A DNA stretch of 64,000 nt from Nitrospirota bacterium (GTDB lineage: Bacteria > Nitrospirota > UBA9217). The position numbers and the translations under genes were made by a program. Below, piece after piece: positions 42,532 through 53,336 of this stretch. The first letter of the stretch is position 1. The number at the start of each line of letters is the position of its first letter. The notes below the pieces were generated by a model, which saw nothing but the letters and a program-made list of their open reading frames with translations, was not told the origin of the DNA and searched no databases. Location of the stretch: positions 704,001 through 768,000 of the forward strand of contig CAWBNQ010000003.1 in the NCBI GenBank assembly GCA_963790205.1. Direction: 5' to 3'.

Positions 42532-42790
42532 CGTCAAAAATTTTATGAAAACCAAAGAGGCAAATAGGAAACCACAGAGCGCACCGAGAAAAAAGGGGAA
42601 AGAGCAAGCCCTGTGTTCTCAAGTAGTTTTGGAAAAATCCCGGGATGAGTAACTGAGGGACCTGAAGAGGACGCAGAGGGGAGGTGAAACAATACTCCCG
42701 AACTTGCCAGGATCAAATGCATTTCTCTGAGTTCTCTGTGGTGAATTTTACAATACATTAATACATTAATGAAGCGGAGGATTGTCGGGA

Positions 42791-44089
42791 ATGAAAACGG
42801 CACAGGAACAAGAAAAGAATTTTAAGCTCACGGACAGCAGGTATTTCAATCTTGCGGCTTTCGGCCTGATCGCCGCGATGGTCCTCATCGCCTATTCCAA
42901 CACCTTCACCGCGAGCTTTCATTTCGACGACACCCCCGCGATCATGGAGAACGCAACGATCAAGCAGGCCACGCTCGACAATATCCTCGCCATCCTCTCC
43001 GGCTCGCGTCCGGTGGTCTATCTGTCCCTCATGCTGAATTACCAGCTGAACGGCCTGAACGTGATCGGATGGCACATTTTCAACATCGGCGTGCATATCG
43101 CCAATAGTTTTCTGGTGTACCTGTTCATACTCACGACCCTGACCCTGCCGTCGCTCAAGGCGAGGTACGCCGAACGGGCCGGGTGGCTGGCGCTGTTCGG
43201 CTCCCTGCTCTTTGCCGTCCATCCCATCCAGACGGAGTCCGTGACGTACATCATCACCCGTTCCGAGCTGCTGGCCACGTTTTTCTATCTCGGCGCCCTG
43301 CTCCTGTTCATCTCCGGCGCGCAAACGGGCAAGCGGCGGTATTACGCGGCGGCCTTTTTCTCCGCAGTTCTGGCCATGGGGTCCAAGGAATGGGCCGTGA
43401 CGCTGCCCGCCGTTATCTTTCTGTACGACTACCTGGTCCTGTCGGAGGGCAATATCAGGACCGCGCTGTCCCGCTGGGGGGCGTATATTCCGATCGTTCT
43501 GTCGTGCTGGGTCGCCGTGAGGAACCTGAACCTCTTTACCGCGCAGAATACGACCGTGGGGTTCAACATAACCCAGCACTCGTCCGCCGGCGCGCCGCTG
43601 ACGGCCTGGACGTATCTGCTGACGTCCTTCAACGTCATCTGGACGTATATCAGGCTGCTGTTCCTGCCGATCAACCAGAACATCGATTACGACTATCCCA
43701 TTGCAAAGACCCTTTTTGAATTCCCCACGCTCCTTTCCTTTGCCGGACATTTGGCCGTTATCGGCGGGGCCTTCTGGCTTTACCGGAAGAAACACTGGAT
43801 TGCGGCCCCCCTGGGAGTGGCCTGGTTCTATATAACCCTTTCCCCGGTGCAGAGCTTTGTGCCGGTCACCGACGTGATCTTCGAGCACCGGCTCTATCTG
43901 CCCTCGATCGGGTTCTTTCTTGTTGTCGTCGTTCTGTTCGAAAAATTGTTCGCGCGGATCGAGCAGCGGGACGTTCCCGGGGACGTTACCGTGAACGCGG
44001 TCGCTGCTCAGGGACCGGCGTCCTCTCACAAGGGGAGAAAAAGCTCGCGCAAGGCCGCCAGGCGCGCAAGGAAGCAGGGAACGGAGTAA
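42791..44089 (+). CDS. TMTC-like GT-C membrane glycosyltransferase without TPR repeats
   Basis: YSNTF..SFHFDD..AI..N, RP, H..N...H..N, LFAVHP..TESV.YI..RSE, SKE, DY, EHRLYLPS. Confidence 0.75.
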   Translation: MKTAQEQEKNFKLTDSRYFNLAAFGLIAAMVLIAYSNTFTASFHFDDTPAIMENATIKQATLDNILAILSGSRPVVYLSLMLNYQLNGLNVIGWHIFNIGVHIANSFLVYLFILTTLTLPSLKARYAERAGWLALFGSLLFAVHPIQTESVTYIITRSELLATFFYLGALLLFISGAQTGKRRYYAAAFFSAVLAMGSKEWAVTLPAVIFLYDYLVLSEGNIRTALSRWGAYIPIVLSCWVAVRNLNLFTAQNTTVGFNITQHSSAGAPLTAWTYLLTSFNVIWTYIRLLFLPINQNIDYDYPIAKTLFEFPTLLSFAGHLAVIGGAFWLYRKKHWIAAPLGVAWFYITLSPVQSFVPVTDVIFEHRLYLPSIGFFLVVVVLFEKLFARIEQRDVPGDVTVNAVAAQGPASSHKGRKSSRKAARRARKQGTE

Positions 44090-44111
44090 GTCAGGAGTAG
44101 GGAGTAGGGAG

Positions 44112-44939
44112 TCAGGAGGTCCTTCGCTTGCCCGGAAAGATTGCGCGGATGCTCCTGGAAAAAAACGCCATGGACACATACGCGGCCACGATCAGCGCGT
44201 AGTTCGCATAGTGGAGCAGCCGCACCATCCTCGATGGGGAGTATTTTTTCGCCACGTCCAGCTCCTGCCTGAAATTCGAAAAATTCGTGGCCTGGGTCTT
44301 GGCCCCTCCGTGCACCCGGAACCGGGCAAGGTATTCATCGAGGACCCCGGGGCCGTAGCGTCTCCCGATCCGGAGCCAGTACTCATAATCCATCACCAGG
44401 TGCTCGTTCACGTCGAAGAGCCCGAACTCCCGGACGAGCTCGCGCCTCCAGAACGTCGCGGGCTGGCTTACCGGGTTCGTCACCAGAAGCATTTCATAGG
44501 AATAATGGCGCAATAAAAAGTTCTTGTACGCCGTTATCATGCCCCGGATCTCGCGGTCCTGCTTGTCGATGATCCGGCATTTCCCGGTGAGCCACATGGT
44601 TTTGGGATGGGCGGCGAAGTATTCCGCGACCCGCAGGAGCGCCCCCGGCTCGAGCACGTCGTCCGAGTTCAGGTACGCGATGATGTCGCCGGTCGCCAGC
44701 CTGATCCCCTTGTTGATCGCGTCCGCCTGCCCCGCGTCCTTCTCCGAGCTCCATTTCAGGCGATGTTCATACCTCTTCAGGACCTCGATCGTCCCGTCCG
44801 TCGATCCCCCGTCCATAACGATATATTCGAGGTCCGGATACCCCTGGTCCAGGACGCTTTGGATCGTGCGCTCGATGAACGGCCCCTGGTTGTAGGACGG
44901 CGTGATGATGGATATCTTCGGAAGCTGCTCCCTCTTCAT
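44112..44939 (-). CDS. GT2 glycosyltransferase
   Basis: SIITPSYNQ, DGGSTDGT, GQADAINKG, LNSDD, QPATFWR, MDYEYWLR. Confidence 0.9.
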   Translation of the reverse strand: MKREQLPKISIITPSYNQGPFIERTIQSVLDQGYPDLEYIVMDGGSTDGTIEVLKRYEHRLKWSSEKDAGQADAINKGIRLATGDIIAYLNSDDVLEPGALLRVAEYFAAHPKTMWLTGKCRIIDKQDREIRGMITAYKNFLLRHYSYEMLLVTNPVSQPATFWRRELVREFGLFDVNEHLVMDYEYWLRIGRRYGPGVLDEYLARFRVHGGAKTQATNFSNFRQELDVAKKYSPSRMVRLLHYANYALIVAAYVSMAFFSRSIRAIFPGKRRTS

Positions 44940-46075
44940 CGGGTCCCTCCGGGACGGACTGTTCTCAGGAACTCCAGCGTTTTCCCCGCCGTCGCACCCC
45001 ACGTGAATTGCCGCGCCCGCTCGAGCCCTTTTTCGATCAGGAGCGTTCGCGCTGCCTTGTCCCGCACCGCCGCTACGATGCCTTCCGAAAGAGCGACCGG
45101 GTCAAGGGGGTCCACGAAGAGCGCCGCGTCTCCCGCGACCTCGATCAGCGGTTCGATGCGCGAACACACGATTGGCGCGCCGCAGGCCATCGCCTCGATG
45201 ATCGGCAGGCCGAAGCCCTCGTGCAGCGTGGGGTACACAAAGGCGTCGCAGGCCCGGTAGAGCGCCGGCACATGCCCGAAGGGCAGCCACCCCAGGAGGA
45301 GGACGTCGCTCTCCAGGTCCAGCGACCGGATGTTCCGGCGCAGCTCCGGCTCCCCCTGGTCCCGGGCCCCGATCAAGACGAGCCTGAGGCCGGGGACCTG
45401 TTTGCGCACGAGCGAGAAGGCCTGGAGCAGGCGCGCGTGGTTCTTGTGGGGGAGCGAAGAGGCCGCGTAGAGGAGGAACCGTTCGGGGAGTTTGTAGGAG
45501 TCCCGGACCGCTTTCTCATCAGGGGAGGGGCGCGGCGTGAACAGCTCGTGGTCGACGCCGAGGTGCGTCACCGCGATCCGTCCCGCGGGGAGATGGTAAT
45601 GACGAACGACGTCCCTTTTGGCTTGTTCCGAAATGGTCACGACCCCGTCAACGCTTTTGGCGCTCAGGTAGATGATGCTTCGCAGAAACGGGAGATAGAA
45701 GCGGGAAAAATTCTGCGGCTGGTTGATATGCTGGAGGTCGAACAGGACGAGCACCGACGTCGCGGGGCAGAAGAAGGGGGCCGTCATGCCCGCGGAAAGG
45801 AGGACGTCGATCTTATGTTGCCGGACCCGGAACGGCAGGATGAACTGCTCCCAGAGTATCCGCAGCGGACGGCTCTCCGCCCGCACCGGGCAGGGGACGA
45901 TCTGTATGCGCGGCGACTGGTCCGAAAATACTCCCTCGCTCTCCCGGTTGATGAACAGGACAAAGGTATCGTCCCCCCCGTTCTTCGCCAGCTCCCTGAC
46001 GAGGTTCCTGATATACGTTTCCGAGCCGCCCACCTTGCCCGGCAGCAGGTACAGCGCGTTGATGCCTATCCTCAA
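44936..46075 (-). CDS. GT4 (group 1) glycosyltransferase
   Basis: GG.ETY, PHKN, EGFGLPIIEAMACG.P, EVAGDAA. Confidence 0.92.
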   Translation of the reverse strand: MRIGINALYLLPGKVGGSETYIRNLVRELAKNGGDDTFVLFINRESEGVFSDQSPRIQIVPCPVRAESRPLRILWEQFILPFRVRQHKIDVLLSAGMTAPFFCPATSVLVLFDLQHINQPQNFSRFYLPFLRSIIYLSAKSVDGVVTISEQAKRDVVRHYHLPAGRIAVTHLGVDHELFTPRPSPDEKAVRDSYKLPERFLLYAASSLPHKNHARLLQAFSLVRKQVPGLRLVLIGARDQGEPELRRNIRSLDLESDVLLLGWLPFGHVPALYRACDAFVYPTLHEGFGLPIIEAMACGAPIVCSRIEPLIEVAGDAALFVDPLDPVALSEGIVAAVRDKAARTLLIEKGLERARQFTWGATAGKTLEFLRTVRPGGTR

Positions 46076-46117
46076 AGCTATTCACTCCTGACGTTTAACT
46101 TGCAATTCCTTTTTGTT

Positions 46118-46231
46118 CCCTCCCCCTTGATGGGGAAGTGAAGGTTCTTATAGGAAGGGTTAGGTGGGGGTGACGGTGATGCACGACGGATACTTCACCC
46201 TCCCCTTGATCCCCTCCCATCGAGGGAGGGG
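46118..46231. repeat. Pair of C/G-rich REP-like palindromes
   Basis: CCCTCCCCCTTGATGGGG...GGGTTAGGTGGGGGTGA...TCACCCTCCCCTTGATCCCCTCCCATCGAGGGAGGGG. Confidence 0.65.
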
Positions 46232-46272
46232 TAAAATTAAGAACAGATATGCCCCGCTAAAATATCCTTTTT

Positions 46273-46343
46273 TGTCATGCCGGACTTGATCCGGCTCCAG
46301 GGTCTTCTGAAAAGACTGGATTCCTGCCTTCGCAGGAATGACA
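46273..46343. repeat. REP/RPE-like double-hairpin palindrome
   Basis: TGTCATGCCGGACTTGATCCGG...CTGGATTCCTGCCTTCGCAGGAATGACA. Same family as 30080. Confidence 0.75.
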
Positions 46344-46437
46344 ATCTTAAGTGTAACGGCAATAAAAATACGGACTCTAATTCTTCATACATCAGGCACA
46401 ATAAGCCTGGCGAACAATCCCGCACCGCATGGACGTT

Positions 46438-47349
46438 TTACGTCGTCTTTCTCAATTCCCCGAACCTGCCCTGGAAATAATGAAAAGCTCCGCGGCAGAT
46501 CTGCGACATTCCAACGCCTTTCGGCAGGCCCTGCGTGAAGAGACCCAGGAACGCTGCTGCGAGGACCGGAAAATATCTCGTCTGGCGGAGGGGAAAGGGC
46601 AGGGGCTTGTTCTCATCGAGGCATTTGAGCATGTTCCTGGTGAAGTAATAGAGCGATATCCCGGTGCTCCCGCCGCCCGTTGATTTCGACACCTTATGCC
46701 ATACCCTGGATGTGGGAATATACATGATCCTATAGCCGGCATTCTGAGCCCGCATTCCCCAGTCAAGGTCTTCGCAATAGCAAAAAAACTCTTCACGAAG
46801 AAGTCCGATCTTTTCGCAGAGCTCCCGGGTCGCCATGAGCGCGCAGCCCGTGGGCCGTTCCGTTTCCTCGACCCGGTCATACTGTCCCTTGTCGCGTTCG
46901 TTATATCCACGATGGCGGCCCCATCCGAGCCAGGGATGGAAGGACGCGCCCGCGTACCAGAGAACATCCGGACGGTCGTAAAAATATATCTTGGAGCACA
47001 GCAGGCCGATGGACCTGTCCGTTTCCGCGGCCTTGACCAGCTCTCCGGCGAAGTCCTTGTCAACGATCGTGTCGTTGTTCAGCAGGATGACGTAATCCGC
47101 CCCGTTGTCCAGCGCATAACGCATGCCGATATTGTTTCCGCCGGTAAACCCGAGATTGCGGCCGGTCTGGATGATCTTAATGTCCGGAAAGGACTTCCTC
47201 AGTATTTCTTCGGACCCGTCCGAAGAGCCGTTGTCAACGATGACGATCTCGCTGTCGGGATACGCGACCTTCCCGAGGGAGTTGACGCACTCCACGGTGT
47301 CCCGGTATCCGTTCCAGTTCAAGACTATGATGAAAACCTTTGGGCTCAT
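46438..47349 (-). CDS. GT2 glycosyltransferase (rhamnosyltransferase-like)
   Basis: IVLNWNG, VDNGSSDGS, NLGFTGGNN.G, LLNNDT, YCEDLDW. Confidence 0.9.
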   Translation of the reverse strand: MSPKVFIIVLNWNGYRDTVECVNSLGKVAYPDSEIVIVDNGSSDGSEEILRKSFPDIKIIQTGRNLGFTGGNNIGMRYALDNGADYVILLNNDTIVDKDFAGELVKAAETDRSIGLLCSKIYFYDRPDVLWYAGASFHPWLGWGRHRGYNERDKGQYDRVEETERPTGCALMATRELCEKIGLLREEFFCYCEDLDWGMRAQNAGYRIMYIPTSRVWHKVSKSTGGGSTGISLYYFTRNMLKCLDENKPLPFPLRQTRYFPVLAAAFLGLFTQGLPKGVGMSQICRGAFHYFQGRFGELRKTT

Positions 47350-48485
47350 TAGTTCTTTGGTCCAGCGGCGGTTTTATGTATATCTATTGCCTGTCGAACA
47401 GCTTCGAGGAATCTTCTGCCATTTTTCACGTCCGGCTCCAAATGGCAGCCCTCGGCCCATTCGTTCCATGCGTTTATAAAAATTATTTTCTCGTCCTCGT
47501 CGTATTTTTCCACTCTCTGAAAGGCGTTTAAGATCCAATCGGAAAATTTACGAGGGTCATCATTCTGGATTATTTGCGCTATGTTTTTTCGCGCGCTGTT
47601 GTCCCATGATGGCGTAACGCAGGGAAACTTCCTGTGGTCACTAGGATGGGGTATGGCCATTGCCTTGTCCGCTAATTTCCCATAGCAGAGAATATTATTT
47701 TCATTTAAGAGTGGAATGCGCAATCGTAAATTTAGCCCGGTGATCATTTTGTTAATATAATGATTAACGGCAAGTTTAAATAATACCCGTAAAGAACGTC
47801 TTGGAAAATTTTTACTAAACGGCTGAAACTCTACGATCGCATCAAAGCCGGCTTCTATCATAGACGGCTCGCTCATCTGGCTGAAGTTGCTCCTGACCGC
47901 GCATAGATACAGATCGTTGAATCCCTGTTCTTTTGCGACCCTTCTCCAGTCATGGATCCTTTCCTTCAAATCGGGTATCGTGTCCGTTCTATAGATGAGC
48001 AAGAGGGGCCTGTTGTTTACCTTTATATACCGCGGGTCTTTAAACGCCTTGCAGAGCCAATGAATGTGTTCGATCCTGTCGCGCGCGCCGTATTCCTGCT
48101 TTATCAGTATTTCCTTTTCCAGCCCGTCCCATGCCCGTGTCCAGCTTTCGTTCGCCCAGCAGAGGCAAAAGGGGAAGTCGGGCTTCCCCGACTGAAGTAC
48201 TTCATTGAAAGGCCGATCCAGGAGCAATTTCCCGTTGAACCAGTAGTGGTAGTAACAAAAAGCGGATATGCCGTATTCAGCAGCCAATGCAGCCTGGGCG
48301 ATTCTCGTCTCTTCAAGTCTGAGATCATAGAAACCCAGATCAGCCGGTATCTGGGGCTGGTGGTGACCTTTAAAACGCGGTCGTGCCGCGGCAACGCTGA
48401 CCCATTCGGTAAAGCCTTTTCCCCACCAGGCGTCGTTTTCAGGGATGGGGTGGTATTGGGGAAGATAGAAGCTGATTATTTTCAC
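47349..48485 (-). CDS. WbsX / GH99-like family protein
   Basis: FYLPQYHPIPEND.WWGKGFTEW, CYYHYWF, CWANESW, WDNSAR, NAWNEWAEG.HLEPD. Confidence 0.88.
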   Translation of the reverse strand: MKIISFYLPQYHPIPENDAWWGKGFTEWVSVAAARPRFKGHHQPQIPADLGFYDLRLEETRIAQAALAAEYGISAFCYYHYWFNGKLLLDRPFNEVLQSGKPDFPFCLCWANESWTRAWDGLEKEILIKQEYGARDRIEHIHWLCKAFKDPRYIKVNNRPLLLIYRTDTIPDLKERIHDWRRVAKEQGFNDLYLCAVRSNFSQMSEPSMIEAGFDAIVEFQPFSKNFPRRSLRVLFKLAVNHYINKMITGLNLRLRIPLLNENNILCYGKLADKAMAIPHPSDHRKFPCVTPSWDNSARKNIAQIIQNDDPRKFSDWILNAFQRVEKYDEDEKIIFINAWNEWAEGCHLEPDVKNGRRFLEAVRQAIDIHKTAAGPKN

Positions 48486-48511
48486 GTTGCACCGAGGTCC
48501 CTTTAAGAAAA

Positions 48512-49258
48512 TTATTTTTTTCTGTTTACGAAGACGTCAAGGAATTCAGCTTCAAGGCCCAGAGATCTATCATGAAACGTAAAGATCTCCGTTGTCAGGC
48601 CGCTGTTTGCCCGGATAAAATCACACATATCGTCTCCCCAGTCCGTAACGACGAGTGAGCCTTTTTTGTCGACCGGGTTGCCGTGATACATCGGATCACG
48701 AAGATACTGAATTTCATTTCCAACACCAACGGCCCGGATGACGGTCTTTTGGCCTTTGTAAAGAGGCACCGTAAATATATGCGCGCCGCCCGGCTTTAAT
48801 ACGCGCGCGATCTCCCGAAACGCCGGAGCAGGATCGAGAACATGCTCGAACACGTCCTGCGTTATGACCAGATCAAAAGACCTGTCCGCGAAGGTCAGCT
48901 TTTCCAGATTTTCACACCGGACCCCCCGTTTGCATGCGCCCGGCTGCACAGCGGAGTAGAACTGCGAAGGCAAATACTGTTCGCACTCCTTTTGTAGTTT
49001 ACGGGAGGACGCGCCGCAGGGCGCCGATTCGTATATCTGCAGCTGCCGCCAATTGGGGAACTCCTTGTGGACAACTTTAATGAGCGCTCTCTGACGCGGT
49101 ACCGACCCACAGAAGATACAGAAATAGGTATCCCGCAACCATTCGGACTGCTCTACAAATAATGTCTTATGTTCACAGATAGGGCAAACCCCGGTATTCG
49201 TCTTGCCATTCAAAATGGACAAAGGCAGTTTTGCAACGGTTTTAATTATCGTTATCAT
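48512..49258 (-). CDS. Class I SAM-dependent methyltransferase with N-terminal CxxC pairs
   Basis: CPIC...CIFC, FDLVITQDVFEHV, EIARVLKPGG. Confidence 0.82.
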   Translation of the reverse strand: MITIIKTVAKLPLSILNGKTNTGVCPICEHKTLFVEQSEWLRDTYFCIFCGSVPRQRALIKVVHKEFPNWRQLQIYESAPCGASSRKLQKECEQYLPSQFYSAVQPGACKRGVRCENLEKLTFADRSFDLVITQDVFEHVLDPAPAFREIARVLKPGGAHIFTVPLYKGQKTVIRAVGVGNEIQYLRDPMYHGNPVDKKGSLVVTDWGDDMCDFIRANSGLTTEIFTFHDRSLGLEAEFLDVFVNRKK

Positions 49259-49326
49259 AGGAGCTGACTTAACCGAGCGATAATGTATCCAGGATGGGAC
49301 GGCCGCGTTCCTGAATAACAATGGCA

Positions 49327-50391
49327 TCAAGCGCATATCCTGCTTCCAGAGAGAAACTGTTTTCTCAAGGCTGCCACAATCCGCCGGAAATACCGGCGAT
49401 AATAGAAACGGCTTGTTTTGAGACTATCCCGGAGGACGAAGTCCTGCGCAGATACCATTGTAAAGTACAATACAGCCAGTAAATTGAGCAAGATGCCCGG
49501 GAGCAGGGCGACCGCCCTGGCGGCAGCGTGTTTCCAGCGCGAACCAAGCCGGGTTTCAAGGTACCGGTGGTATTCGGAAAGAGAGTAGAAACCGCATGCT
49601 CTCTGTACAAGAAGCGCCGGCAGGCTGTTCCATGGGTTTTTGGGGCATACGCGCGTTTTCGCCGCGTCACTGATGCCGGAAAAGGACCAGATGAGGCCCG
49701 GCCACTTGATCATCCATATTTCAAAATGCCGCGGCGACCATTGCGCGTTCCCATAGCGGATTATAATGCAAGGTTCAGCCACCGCGAATGCGCCGTGAGG
49801 AAGCTCCTTCTGAAAGATGATCCCGACGTGGATGAATTCCGTGCCGATATAGGGTTCCTTGATGCGCTCGTTCCACAGGGCACGATCGATAACCACGGCA
49901 CCGATGAACGAGAGGTACGTTACGGTCTCGATGAACAGTTTTTCCTGCGATGAAGTCTGGTAAAAAGTGTCCGCCTCAAGGTGCAGATGCTTGCGTTCCA
50001 ATTGATGAACCAGTGTCCGGTCCCACACTTCCGCGTTCAGCACGATAAGGCTGTACCTGCGCGGGAGGAGATCAAGAATGGTATTGATGGCCCCCGGTTT
50101 TACAATATCATCATCCGTCAGAAGCCAGCAGTAATCCCCGGTCGCGAACGATACGGCATGACAATAATCACGGTCCACGCCGCCCTTGACGGGCATGCGG
50201 TGATACCGGAGGGCGGGGCATCGGTCCTGATAACGACGCATCACATCGGGGGTGGTATCGGTCGATGCGCCGTCAACAACGATTATCTCTACCTCCTCCC
50301 TGATCTGCGCAATGATGCTGTCCAGGGTCTGGCCGATGACGTCGGCGCGGTTATAGGTCGCGATGCAGATCGACAAGCGGGGAACGCTCAT
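49327..50391 (-). CDS. GT2 glycosyltransferase (RfbV/abequosyltransferase-like)
   Basis: SICIATYNR, DGASTD.T, G.DRDY, YCWLLTDDD. Confidence 0.85.
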   Translation of the reverse strand: MSVPRLSICIATYNRADVIGQTLDSIIAQIREEVEIIVVDGASTDTTPDVMRRYQDRCPALRYHRMPVKGGVDRDYCHAVSFATGDYCWLLTDDDIVKPGAINTILDLLPRRYSLIVLNAEVWDRTLVHQLERKHLHLEADTFYQTSSQEKLFIETVTYLSFIGAVVIDRALWNERIKEPYIGTEFIHVGIIFQKELPHGAFAVAEPCIIIRYGNAQWSPRHFEIWMIKWPGLIWSFSGISDAAKTRVCPKNPWNSLPALLVQRACGFYSLSEYHRYLETRLGSRWKHAAARAVALLPGILLNLLAVLYFTMVSAQDFVLRDSLKTSRFYYRRYFRRIVAALRKQFLSGSRICA

Positions 50392-50542
50392 ATTTTTCTG
50401 AACTCCATGACGAGCATGCCCTTCCGGGGCATTCATCCATTGATCCTGCAGCATATGATCACGTCACCAGGACGGACCGCTTGTTCCGGGACGGAGTCCT
50501 GGACAACCTGATCAACGTTTTCTAAACAAGGCTTCGAGGCCC

Positions 50543-51430
50543 TTACCGGCCCGGTGAAGTTACCATCATTTCGGCAAGTTCGGAAAAAGTTACTACTGGG
50601 TGCCATCCAAGCTTGTGCATGGTGGCTGGATTCGAATAGAGGCGCTTATATTCCGAAGTAAAACCTTCCCGCAGCCGGACGTGATGATGCCAGTCTTTGC
50701 CGATGATCCTGAAGCACTGTTCGAGCCAGTTTTCGATCGAGTAAACCTTGCCCGAGCCGATCACGGCCTCGAATACGGCATCCTGCCCAACCAGCGTGAA
50801 GATTCCCTTCGCGATGTCTCCGGCAAAGGTCCATTCTTTTTCAACGGAAAGGTCGCCCACCTCAATGAGCTCACTGCTGCCGTCGGCGATCCGCTTTGCC
50901 GCGAGAGCGATCATCTGACACACGTGGTGAGGTTTTCGGAGGGGACTCTCATGATGAAACAAATAGCCGACGTAGACCTTTAATCCGAGCGAACGGTAAT
51001 ATCGCGCGGCATAGGCCGATTGAATGCGCGCTATAGAGTAGGGGCTGCTCGCTTCAAAGACATCGGTTTCGGATATGGGGAGCCCCTTGTTTACGAACTG
51101 AACGCCGCTGCCGGTTAGGAACACTTTTGCCTCGGGATGATGCTTTTTCACCGCCTCAAGAATATTCAGACTGCCGGTAGAAATGGTTTCGTGGTTCTCA
51201 AAAAGCGCATCGTGCCGCGTCGTCGATTTGGCGGCAACATGAAAGATGTATGCAGGTTTGTGTTCGCGGATCAAATGTTCTACCAGCGTGTAATCGGAGA
51301 CATCGCCTCGCACCCCGTTGCCGGAGCGCGATACCGCGATCGGTTCAATTTGATTAAGCTTGCACAGCTCAATCAAGTAATGGCCGTCCTGGCCGCTAGC
51401 GCCGAAAATTATAGCTTTCATCGTGTTCAT
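50543..51430 (-). CDS. GDP-mannose 4,6-dehydratase-like NAD-dependent epimerase/dehydratase
   Basis: GASGQDG, SPYSIAR (YxxxR), LFHHESPLR. ATGA overlap with the upstream gene. Confidence 0.8.
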   Translation of the reverse strand: MNTMKAIIFGASGQDGHYLIELCKLNQIEPIAVSRSGNGVRGDVSDYTLVEHLIREHKPAYIFHVAAKSTTRHDALFENHETISTGSLNILEAVKKHHPEAKVFLTGSGVQFVNKGLPISETDVFEASSPYSIARIQSAYAARYYRSLGLKVYVGYLFHHESPLRKPHHVCQMIALAAKRIADGSSELIEVGDLSVEKEWTFAGDIAKGIFTLVGQDAVFEAVIGSGKVYSIENWLEQCFRIIGKDWHHHVRLREGFTSEYKRLYSNPATMHKLGWHPVVTFSELAEMMVTSPGR

Positions 51431-53232
51431 GTTTTTTTCTTTGTAAAAACAAAAGTGGCGAAAGTATATTTGCAACCGGCATAGGTGAAGTCAGGATTCG
51501 GGCAGTCCCATTGTGGTTCGTCAACAAGCGAGCAATCCTTCAGAAGAGGGAACAGCCTCTCCTTAAAATCCTTTTGAGTATAGAAACGAAAATCTTCACG
51601 AGGTATTGGGTCCCCGGGTCTGTACGTGTCATTATAATCACACGTCACGACCGCTATGCCGCCCGGTGCGAGAAGGTCAACGACCTGGTTGATGAAGAGT
51701 TCATCATTTTTTACATGTTCGATTACTGATGTCGAAAATATAACATCGTAGCTTCCCCTGGCGGTTGTGGGCTTATGAAAGAATGTATTAAGGTCGTAAT
51801 TCAGCACCGGATCGACTTCGTCCATTATGAACCCAAGTTTTTTCAAGCTTGCCGCTGCCGTATCGTCATAACTTCCGACGCACAGCATTTTCGGAGAGGC
51901 AAGCGGGGAGGCGAACGTATAAACGGTGTCCAGTACAAAGGCCTGCTGGATATTGGCTTCGCGAAGCTTATGCGTCATCATGTCGGGAACGATTTCAAAG
52001 AGGGTGTCGGTCGCCGGTTCATATTGGCGCCTTGCAGCGTTGTCTAAAATCCTATTGAACCGTTTTTTGCCAGGAAGGGGCGTGAATGAATATTTTTTGC
52101 GTTGCATTTCAGAAGGCTGATGAACGTCTCCATGAATTTGGGGGATCCATGATTCTGCCTGTTCATCCGGCGGGCCTAACACCCGGTTGCGGATGGCGGA
52201 GAACAGAGGTCTGATGATCGGCAGATTCAATTTGCGGCGGCGGGGACGTCTCACGGTATCGGCAAGTATATTATCGAGGATTCTTTCATAATCCCATATC
52301 AGGTTCTCTTCACACCACTCTTTCCGGTAAGGCAGAAGAGGAGCAAGCCCGTTCTGTACGATTTGCTTCAGTGTCGAATCATTGATGCATATGGAAGGGT
52401 TTGCCGCATAAAGATGCCTGAACATGTTGCTTTTCGAAATCGCGATTGGCCGCTGGACTGCAAGCGCCATATCAATCACACTCGATATCCCCCGGCCTTT
52501 GTTTTCCTCATAGAAAAAAGCATTGATGGTATTTTGAGCGAGGAAATCCAGCAGCTGCTGCCTGCTGAGAAAGTCATGGGTTATGCTGAGTTTTATATGG
52601 GGCTTCACGATCAGACTATTGCACCGCTCCGATATTGCGCGAGCTTCGCTGCCGGTCGCGTCTCCAAAGGCCGCATAAGGGATATGGAGGCGTATCCGAG
52701 CTTCGTCATATTCCTGTTGCACGACGGAAATGAGGCGTTCGAACCCCTTACCTTTTGTCCCGAAACCAAAACTGCCGATGGTCGGCACAACGGGTTGCGG
52801 GAAGATATTATTGTATTCCGGAACGAGTCGGCCCGTTTTGAATACGATGGGATTTTTCAACAGGAGCGTCGGGTCCGGTGCAATATGAAACTGAAAAAAT
52901 GAGTCGTCCGCTAAGTCCGCGGCCTGCTGGGATACTTCATGCATGATTCCAATACGCGGGACTTTGATCCGCCGCATGATATTTTTTTTCAACCAGGGCA
53001 TTGTGGACGGGTAGTAATTGAAAATAATCGCGGCTGGATTCTCTCGCGCCGTTATCGCAAAGAGATCATCGGGGCCAGAGCACTCCGCATAGACAAAAGC
53101 ATAGCGGGCAGATTTTTTCACGGCTTCGCAGATGTTCAGTCCATACTCATGAACACCGCACAATTGTTGTTTGTGCGAGAGTATGAGTATCTTTGTTCGT
53201 TCAGTATTGTTTATTGTCGATTCATTTGCCAT
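51427..53232 (-). CDS. Two-domain protein: GT-B-like N-terminus plus class I methyltransferase
   Basis: CGV.EY, GSFGF...KGFE in the N-terminal half. YDVIFSTSVIEHV, LAPGG in the C-terminal half. Confidence 0.62.
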   Translation of the reverse strand: MANESTINNTERTKILILSHKQQLCGVHEYGLNICEAVKKSARYAFVYAECSGPDDLFAITARENPAAIIFNYYPSTMPWLKKNIMRRIKVPRIGIMHEVSQQAADLADDSFFQFHIAPDPTLLLKNPIVFKTGRLVPEYNNIFPQPVVPTIGSFGFGTKGKGFERLISVVQQEYDEARIRLHIPYAAFGDATGSEARAISERCNSLIVKPHIKLSITHDFLSRQQLLDFLAQNTINAFFYEENKGRGISSVIDMALAVQRPIAISKSNMFRHLYAANPSICINDSTLKQIVQNGLAPLLPYRKEWCEENLIWDYERILDNILADTVRRPRRRKLNLPIIRPLFSAIRNRVLGPPDEQAESWIPQIHGDVHQPSEMQRKKYSFTPLPGKKRFNRILDNAARRQYEPATDTLFEIVPDMMTHKLREANIQQAFVLDTVYTFASPLASPKMLCVGSYDDTAAASLKKLGFIMDEVDPVLNYDLNTFFHKPTTARGSYDVIFSTSVIEHVKNDELFINQVVDLLAPGGIAVVTCDYNDTYRPGDPIPREDFRFYTQKDFKERLFPLLKDCSLVDEPQWDCPNPDFTYAGCKYTFATFVFTKKKT

Positions 53233-53336
53233 AGAGCGACTGTCCTCATTAATTTATTGCGATTTCGATTGCAGGCAGGAGGAATGTAGGCCAGAATTCC
53301 TATTCCTTATCCCCCCATCGCGCACATCCCGCCGTA

